Positions 44,501 to 49,446 of a DNA stretch of 49,446 nucleotides are shown here, one piece after another. The translations under genes and the position numbers were made by a program. This DNA comes from a virus. Its lineage: Duplodnaviria; Heunggongvirae; Uroviricota; Caudoviricetes. The stretch is from IMG/VR virus record IMGVR_UViG_2563366799_000006, one strand, 5' to 3'. The notes under the pieces were generated by a model that did no database searches, was not told where the DNA came from, and saw only the letters and a program-made list of their open reading frames with translations. How positions within the stretch are numbered: position 1 is the first letter of the stretch; the number at the start of each line of letters is the position of its first letter.

Positions 44501-45036
44501 CTTCGGCAACAAAAATCAACACTCTGACTGTTAAATCAGGCGAAAACAGTGCAGCGATAAACGTCAACGCACAGGCTATAGCAGATGTAAACGGTAACCT
44601 CAGCGCGATGTATAACATCAAGGTGGGGGTGTCCAGTAACGGGCAGTATTACGCTGCCGGGATGGGTATTGGGGTTCAAAATACACCCTCCGGCATGCAG
44701 TCACAGGTAATCTTCCTGGCAGACCGTTTCGCCGTGACTACTATGGTCGGCGGGACTGTAACACTGCCGTTCGTTATCCAGAATGGCCAGGCCATTATCA
44801 GGGATACAGTCATTGGCGACGGGACCATAAGCAATGCAAAAATTGGCAATTACATCCAGTCGAACAATTATGTTGCCGGCTCTGTTGGCTGGAAACTGGA
44901 TAAGTCCGGGACGTTTGAGAACTACGGTTCGACAGCTGGGGAGGGAGCCATGAAGCAGACCAACCAGACAATCAGCGTCAAGGATGGCAACAACGTTCTG
45001 AGAGTGCAGGTTGGCCGATTAACGGGGGTGTTCTGA
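41557..45036 (+). CDS. J: Host specificity protein J (central tail fibre/tip)
   Basis: 1159 aa; follows I; size and position. Confidence 0.9.
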   Translation: MEAITGAKGGSQKQHTPVEQPDSAQSMARCRMLLALGEGEFAGGLDATRIFLDGTPLGNPDGTMNFENVSWDFRPGTQTQTPIPGFPAVENETTVGVSLTKATPWTRALSNTQIDAVLVRIGIPGLQQQENDGDIVGTTVQYHIDLAVDGGAYSTVMTKTVTEKLSSLYELTHRINLPKASTGWQIRVVRDTDDSTSQMLQNKTQVQAITEVIDARLRYPHTALLYVSFNAKSFNNIPKISCMPKGRIIRIPSNYDPIARTYSGTWDGTFKWGWTNNPAWIWFDVLTEPRFGLGRRVTPEMLDKWELYRIAQRCDQKVPDGKGGSGTEPRFMFDVYIQSQADAWQVIKDIAAGFNGMTFWGNNMFNVVSDMPADTTKLQILTRASVVGKPVYSSGSEKNRFSSALINFSDPDNHYQDRTTAVMFPELVRQFKFKQTQITAIGCTRESEAQRRGGWAVYSNSLDRIITLQTGLDGFVFVPGTVFAFADERLSGRVYGGRITGYNAGLKAVTIDRGTSAVAGDTLMIRTQGGTVESRVIQAVNGTQLILSTPFTAAPLPNAVFVIDAGQLRLQYFRVTNLKFDDEENTFTITGAEYNASKYDAVDNNARLDTPPISLIPTGLVNQPTNIVVSSYDAVRQGQRVATLTASWDAPIDKDGKLQSDVIAYRAQWKRGNNEWVNVPETGLRNIEVPGIFEGDYLVRVRAINSGGASSLWATSALTHLTGRTGEVPKPVGLTATEDVVFGINITWGFPADTADTLSTELQYSASVDGANPMLLASVPYPQKLYQQMGLKAGQEFWYRARLVDRIGNQSDWTDWVRGQASIDVSDITDAILEDMKGSDTFKDLIENAVDSNEKIAGMADEIKNHADELEQQAKDILENADGLAQAEVKIDEISVSMDGMTGGVKNSAIAIIQNGLAQVVSRRSQTATNAGNSASIDRVDTTIADTSQAVARALVTLDAEAGGNISNSTDLTETLADFTQASATKINTLTVKSGENSAAINVNAQAIADVNGNLSAMYNIKVGVSSNGQYYAAGMGIGVQNTPSGMQSQVIFLADRFAVTTMVGGTVTLPFVIQNGQAIIRDTVIGDGTISNAKIGNYIQSNNYVAGSVGWKLDKSGTFENYGSTAGEGAMKQTNQTISVKDGNNVLRVQVGRLTGVF

Positions 45037-45037
45037 T

Positions 45038-45340
45038 ATGGCTTATGGAATACAGACCTGGGATGCTTCGGGAAACCCCAACAACTACGGAATCAAGCCC
45101 GTTTCCGTTGTTGGACGTATACAACTTGCCGCCGGACAAAACTCCGGCAGCTGGTCTTTCACTGTACCCTCAGGAATGAAGGTCGGTTTTGCGCTCTCAC
45201 TTGATGAAGGAGGTAACAGCGTAGGGAGGAGCATTGTCGCGTCAGGGAACACAATAACCGTAACCGCAGCCTCTTCTGTGGGCCTGGGTAATTACCCGGC
45301 CTCTAAATGTGAGGTGGTCGTTTTCATGGAGAAAGCATAA
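45038..45340 (+). CDS. Hypothetical tail-associated protein (WDASG motif)
   Basis: 100 aa; start 2 bp after the J stop. Confidence 0.5.
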   Translation: MAYGIQTWDASGNPNNYGIKPVSVVGRIQLAAGQNSGSWSFTVPSGMKVGFALSLDEGGNSVGRSIVASGNTITVTAASSVGLGNYPASKCEVVVFMEKA

Positions 45341-46014
45341 TGGCCGAATTTGGCGCGATGATATTAATGGATAACGGGAATCCCTTTGTAACGCCACAAT
45401 CAACGCCTTTCTGTCTTTACGGGAAGTATACCTTCAATTCATCCGCGAATGGCAGTTCTCAGCAGGTTGCTCAAAATATCGCTTTAAACGCTGATTACCC
45501 AGTGATGGTTTTTATCAAAACCACCAATACAGCACAGCCCACTCCGGTTATGTCTTACAGGAACGGCGGTAATGTGTATGTTGCTGGTGTTAATCCCTAC
45601 AACCAAAGTTTCACTTTAACGGCGTACGTTTTTGCCATATTCCCGCAGATATTACCGAAATGGGGTTTGGCAATATGGGATGCGAGCGGAAAGCTTGTGT
45701 TAACTAATGAGTCCCGTGTGCTATCAGACCTGCAGACGGTTGGCACGCCTGGTGCAAACGGCGGGATAAATATTGACCAGACGCTGAGCGGGTCATGGGC
45801 CGTTGCACCTGCTCAGTTGGGTCAGACCATCATTGTGAATAATTCAACCCAGCCTCCGACTATCTACACGATAAATGCTTATTCTTCATGCAGGTTTGAC
45901 GGGGCCAATACGAGGATAAACGCAGGGGGGACCTCCACTGGGGCAGGTTCACCTGGAGGGGGAACGAATACTGGCATTTCATTAACCGCCATAAATACAG
46001 CGGCCTATGATTGA
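45340..46014 (+). CDS. Hypothetical tail-associated protein (WDASG motif, paralogous segment to the previous gene)
   Basis: 224 aa; start overlaps the previous stop. Confidence 0.5.
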   Translation: MAEFGAMILMDNGNPFVTPQSTPFCLYGKYTFNSSANGSSQQVAQNIALNADYPVMVFIKTTNTAQPTPVMSYRNGGNVYVAGVNPYNQSFTLTAYVFAIFPQILPKWGLAIWDASGKLVLTNESRVLSDLQTVGTPGANGGINIDQTLSGSWAVAPAQLGQTIIVNNSTQPPTIYTINAYSSCRFDGANTRINAGGTSTGAGSPGGGTNTGISLTAINTAAYD

Positions 46015-46125
46015 TTGATCGTTTTTAGCGATCAATAACATAATATTGATCTATCCAATCAATTATACCCACCAGAATTGTATTGGTATCGTCTAAGATA
46101 CTGAATTCCTCTGGATACTATCAAA

Positions 46126-46359
46126 ATGAGAAAACTGATTATCTGCATGGCAGGCGCTGTCATGCTTACAGGATGCGCTGGCGTAATTGAGAAACAGGAA
46201 CCAGTTTGCAGCGGCACTGCAATCGTTGGCGGTCAGGAAACTACGGTTCAGATTTACGGTGTGCGTAAACAAAACAACCAGACGCAGTACCGGGCTGGAT
46301 ATCCTTTCAGCTGGCGCTGGGTAAGTGCGAATACATTTACCGAAACAACCTGCAAATAA
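46126..46359 (+). CDS. Small lipoprotein (Cor-like superinfection-exclusion candidate by size and position)
   Basis: 77 aa; lipobox LTGC; between J and the tail fibre; terminator downstream. Confidence 0.6.
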   Translation: MRKLIICMAGAVMLTGCAGVIEKQEPVCSGTAIVGGQETTVQIYGVRKQNNQTQYRAGYPFSWRWVSANTFTETTCK

Positions 46360-46382
46360 CCCACTACGCTTAAACATAAACC

Positions 46383-46403
46383 TCGCTCCGGCGGGGTTTT
46401 TTT
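46383..46403 (+). terminator. Intrinsic terminator
   Basis: CTCGC-tccg-GCGGG followed by TTTTTTT. Confidence 0.5.
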
Positions 46404-46419
46404 ATTGCCTGGAGAAAAT

Positions 46420-47685
46420 ATGCTTTATAACACCGGCACCATCGCCATTAATGGAAATACCGCCACCGGGACGGGTACAAACTGGACGGCACCGGCCAGC
46501 CAGGTCCGCGCTGGCCAGACGATCATCGTCATGTCTAACCCGGTGCAGATGTTCCAGATTTCATCTGTGAACAGCGCCACGTCAATGACGGTTACGCCTG
46601 CTGCTTCCCCGGCGCTGAGCGGCCAGAAGTATGGAATCCTGGTGTCCGATAACATCTCTGTCGACGGACTGGCGCAGGCGATGTCGCAGCTCATCAAAGA
46701 GTATGACGAGAACATTGGCGCGTGGGAGACATTCGCCACTACCTCAGCAAACCAGACCATCACCGTTACCATCAACGGAACCTCCGTTAATATTCCAAGT
46801 ATTGGCGCGCTTGCCAGAAAGGGGTCCAACAACGATATCACCGAGCTGAAAGGGCTCACAACTGCGCTTTCTGTTGCACAGGGCGGGACTGGGGCAAAGA
46901 CCGAAGCTGACGCTCGCACAAACCTCGGTTTAGGAGACAGCGCCACAAGGAACGTCGGAACGGCGGCCGGAACCGTGGCAGCTGGCGACGATTCACGGCT
47001 TGGAAGCGTTAACGGTAAAACGGGGGGGACGATTTCATCTGCTGTGACGATCAACGGTGTTGGTGGCGGAGCAACTGACTGGCATACAAATGCCGGCGGT
47101 GGTTTAGGGGTCAGAAAGGGAAGTGGCGGTGATAACTCCATTGAGATGAATAATACGACAAATGATTCATCTCAGGGCAATTATGTAAACCAGATAGTTG
47201 GTAAGTGGTATAGCGGTTCATGGGCGCTAGGTGCAATACGGAGCGGCTCGACTCCACTTGATCGTGTTCAGTTAAATGTGATAGCGGAATCTGGTGGGGC
47301 AGCCGCATCGTTTATGTTTTACCCTGATGGTCGTGGCACTGGTGGTCAATGGGTATCGCTCTCAGATGCGCGTATAAAAAAAGACATCGCGCGCATATCC
47401 GATCCTCTCATAAAGATGAAAGCCATTAAAGGCTGCTTTTGGGAGCGTATAGACAATGAAACTACGGGTTACGGCTTTATTGCACAGGACGTTGAGCAAG
47501 TATTTCCCGAAGCTGTTAAAGGTGGCTATGATATTACTCTGGAGGACGGAACAGTTATTCCTGATGTGAAAACTGTCGATACTTACGGGGTTGCTGCAGC
47601 TTTGCACCATGAGGCAATTCTGGCCCTAATGGTTAGGGTCGATAATTTGACGAGTAAGGTGGAAAAACTGGAACAAGGAAGCTGA
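46420..47685 (+). CDS. Side tail fibre with C-terminal S74-type intramolecular chaperone domain; C-terminal part lies in an invertible segment
   Basis: ATG at 46420 with GGAG RBS (ORF track 46405 uses TTG); C-terminus ...SDARIKKDI...GFIAQDVEQVFPEAV; crossover site inside the gene at 46913-46938. Confidence 0.8.
   Translation: MLYNTGTIAINGNTATGTGTNWTAPASQVRAGQTIIVMSNPVQMFQISSVNSATSMTVTPAASPALSGQKYGILVSDNISVDGLAQAMSQLIKEYDENIGAWETFATTSANQTITVTINGTSVNIPSIGALARKGSNNDITELKGLTTALSVAQGGTGAKTEADARTNLGLGDSATRNVGTAAGTVAAGDDSRLGSVNGKTGGTISSAVTINGVGGGATDWHTNAGGGLGVRKGSGGDNSIEMNNTTNDSSQGNYVNQIVGKWYSGSWALGAIRSGSTPLDRVQLNVIAESGGAAASFMFYPDGRGTGGQWVSLSDARIKKDIARISDPLIKMKAIKGCFWERIDNETTGYGFIAQDVEQVFPEAVKGGYDITLEDGTVIPDVKTVDTYGVAAALHHEAILALMVRVDNLTSKVEKLEQGS
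46913..46938 (+). other. gix/hix-like inversion crossover site (left)
   Basis: CTCGCACAAACC-TC-GGTTTAGGAGAC, imperfect 12-2-12 dyad with AAACC..GGTTT core. Confidence 0.55.
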
Positions 47686-47692
47686 ATAATTT

Positions 47693-47721
47693 GCAGCCCG
47701 TAATTTGCCGGAACGGGCTGC
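47693..47721. terminator. Hairpin between the convergent fibre cassettes (possible bidirectional terminator)
   Basis: GCAGCCCG-13 nt-CGGGCTGC; AT-rich flank on the minus-strand side. Confidence 0.35.
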
Positions 47722-47738
47722 AGTTGAATGCTCAGGAT

Positions 47739-48818
47739 TCATGATGCCGCTATTTTTAGCTTAAGCTCCTGGAGCTCTTTCTGTGTTGTCTCCAGCTGTT
47801 TAATGACGTAGTTCAATGCCAGCACGGTATCAAGCATGATGACGTTGTTATCCAGTGCCAACGTATCATCAGCATCAACCCTGTTTCCTTCACTATCAAA
47901 CTTTGGCGCAGCAGGGACCAGCTTTACGTACTCACTATCAATCTTCATGACGTCCTGAGCGATTACACCTCGGCGAACTCTCTCACGAGGGTCATCGTTG
48001 TAGACGTAAGTTGCTGGCAGGAATTTCCTGATATTCTCGTATGACTGATAACCATCATCATATTTAATATCGTGCTTCAGCGTAATGTCACAGTTAGGCT
48101 GCTTCTGGAAAATATAGTTCCCGGAAAGATTCCCACCAGCGTTGGCATATATATCACCGTTTGCTGTCGTGAATTGAAATATACGCTGACCGGCAGAGCC
48201 ACCATCCCCAAGTGTTGTTATTGCCACATCCGCCCACGGACTAGGCCCGGTAGCTATAGAACCAAGCCCTACCGTTGAAGAATATCCGCCACTGCATTGA
48301 CTATGCCAGCGGGCAAAGGGAATGAAACCAGCATCATTATTAACTGCAACATTACCCCTAAAAAAAGATATATTTCTTTGCCATGTATTAATGTCTGACC
48401 AGGAGCCACCATATCCAGCTCCATTTGCTCCACACGAAGATGATTTGAATCTCTCATCAGGGTAAAATAAAAATGAACCCGCCGTACCAGTTCCGCTATT
48501 TACATTTAACTGCGCTCTGTCTAAATTAGTCCCACTCCCCCGAACGCCGCCAAGAGACCAGTTCCCATTATACCAAGCTCCTCCCACAGCGTTTACATAA
48601 CTTCCGACAGTCCCATCCCCTGTAATGTTGTATAGCTTAACAGCCTTATCACCACCTTCCTGCGTGGATACTCCAATACTATTTCCCTGAGTTACCATCA
48701 AACTGCCGGTAACATTTCCCCCTGTTTTTTTATCGACAGTATTCAACCGCGAATCATCCCCGGCTGCCACGGTTCCGGCCGCCGTTCCGACGTCCTTCGT
48801 CGCGCTACTTCCTAAACC
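47739..48818 (-). CDS. Alternative tail-fibre C-terminal cassette (promoterless; expressed only after inversion)
   Basis: Minus-strand frame open from the right crossover site to the stop at 47739-47741; begins SATKDVGTAAGTVAAGDDSRL, parallel to the + fibre; own C-terminal chaperone-type domain (RGVIAQDVMKIDSEYV); ORF track 47739..48770 uses an internal GTG. Confidence 0.65.
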   Translation of the reverse strand, partial: GLGSSATKDVGTAAGTVAAGDDSRLNTVDKKTGGNVTGSLMVTQGNSIGVSTQEGGDKAVKLYNITGDGTVGSYVNAVGGAWYNGNWSLGGVRGSGTNLDRAQLNVNSGTGTAGSFLFYPDERFKSSSCGANGAGYGGSWSDINTWQRNISFFRGNVAVNNDAGFIPFARWHSQCSGGYSSTVGLGSIATGPSPWADVAITTLGDGGSAGQRIFQFTTANGDIYANAGGNLSGNYIFQKQPNCDITLKHDIKYDDGYQSYENIRKFLPATYVYNDDPRERVRRGVIAQDVMKIDSEYVKLVPAAPKFDSEGNRVDADDTLALDNNVIMLDTVLALNYVIKQLETTQKELQELKLKIAAS

Positions 48819-48832
48819 GACGTTTTATAGAT
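48807..48832 (-). other. gix/hix-like inversion crossover site (right, inverted)
   Basis: Reverse complement reads ATCTATAAAACG-TC-GGTTTAGGAAGT; right half matches the left site 10/12, same central TC. Confidence 0.55.
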
Positions 48833-48888
48833 TGCTCTCGAGCGGCCTGGCCGATAACTTCACCTGATTTTTTTGCAGAAATAACTGG

Positions 48889-49446
48889 GTGAAAAATATG
48901 CAAATTGGCTATGTCAGAGTGTCAACAAATGACCAAAATACAGATCTCCAGCGCCAAGCTCTCGAACGCGCAGGATGTGAACAGGTTTTTGAAGAAAAAA
49001 TGAGCGGGACGGTAGCGAACCGGCCAGCGCTCAAAAAGCTTCTGCGGACTCTGAATGCGGGCGATACACTGGTGGTGTGGAAGCTGGACAGGATAGGCCG
49101 CAACGTTCTGCATGCGCTGTTGATGTTCCAGCAGTTACAGGAAAAGGGTATCAACTTCCGCAGTATTACCGATGGCGTGGATCTCAAAACAGCCAGCGGC
49201 CGCTATAACTTTCGTAACATCCTTTCCGCAGCACAATATGAATCTGATCTTAATAGCGAACGTACCTTAGCAGGGCTGGCCGTAGCCAGGGCAAAATGGC
49301 GAGTTGGTGGTCGCAGGCCTAAGTTCACGGATGAGCAATGGCGGGAAATGGGGGAGCGGATGGCAACCGGTGAATCACGACAAAGCGTATCAAAAACGTA
49401 TGGAGTAGGGCTCTCAACTCTGTATAAAAAGTTTCCAGCTAGCTGA
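48889..49446 (+). CDS. Serine DNA invertase (Gin/Hin/Pin/Cin family)
   Basis: 185 aa; N-terminus IGYVRVSTNDQNTDLQRQAL with catalytic Ser; GDTLVVWKLDRIGRN; C-terminal HTH GVGLSTLYKKFPA; stop codon is the last three bases of the window. Confidence 0.9.
   Translation: MKNMQIGYVRVSTNDQNTDLQRQALERAGCEQVFEEKMSGTVANRPALKKLLRTLNAGDTLVVWKLDRIGRNVLHALLMFQQLQEKGINFRSITDGVDLKTASGRYNFRNILSAAQYESDLNSERTLAGLAVARAKWRVGGRRPKFTDEQWREMGERMATGESRQSVSKTYGVGLSTLYKKFPAS

Larger units (their letters stand above)
46926..48819. other. Invertible DNA segment carrying alternative tail-fibre C-terminal cassettes
   Basis: Bounded by inverted crossover sites; both ends carry inverted copies of a 31-bp identical block (46952-46982 and 48763-48793) encoding VGTAAGTVAAG; two convergent fibre C-terminal ORFs inside. 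Confidence 0.65.
1..49446. mobile_element. Lambdoid (Rac/lambda-like) prophage, near-complete; both ends run off the window
   Basis: Contiguous syntenic phage modules: xis, recE/recT, cI/cro immunity, O/P replication, RusA/Q, lysis, terminase/portal/head, tail (G/GT, tape measure, M-L-K-I-J), tail fibre plus invertase. Confidence 0.9.

Noticed and set aside
46425-47141. 238-aa minus-strand ORF
   Set aside because: Antisense within the tail-fibre gene; Pro/Val/Ala-rich low-complexity translation.
1-49446. Search for integrase, attachment sites, IS elements, rRNA or tRNA
   Set aside because: None recognised. Integrase and att sites are presumably outside the window on either side; the only recombinase seen is the serine invertase at the right edge.

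Overview
The window is a near-complete lambdoid (Rac/lambda-like) siphovirus prophage of an enterobacterium, with both ends running off the window. Left to right: a putative excisionase at the left edge (integrase presumably just outside); a leftward early operon with a RecE/RecT-type recombination module; an immunity region (PL/OL, a two-gene cassette in the rexAB position, a LexA-like CI repressor, OR/PR, Cro); replication genes O (with internal ori iterons) and P; a nin-like region with accessory genes, including an AT-rich inserted operon encoding an HTH-ImmA/IrrE metallopeptidase fusion, an HNH endonuclease, RusA, a YlcG-like peptide and antiterminator Q; a lysis cassette (holin, SAR endolysin, Rz/Rz1); terminase, portal, head and tail genes (G/GT frameshift, tape measure, M-L-K-I-J); cargo islands inside the tail module (two lipoproteins, a Doc-type toxin pair); and a tail-fibre gene whose C-terminal part sits in an invertible segment next to a Gin/Pin-family invertase. 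The best candidates for an undescribed system are the two-gene cassette downstream of cI (6685..7700) and the AT-rich operon at 13200..15510. No rRNA, tRNA, CRISPR array or IS element was recognised. All calls come from reading the sequence and from recalled protein-family signatures; no database search or computation was run, so family names are recollections and GC statements are by eye.
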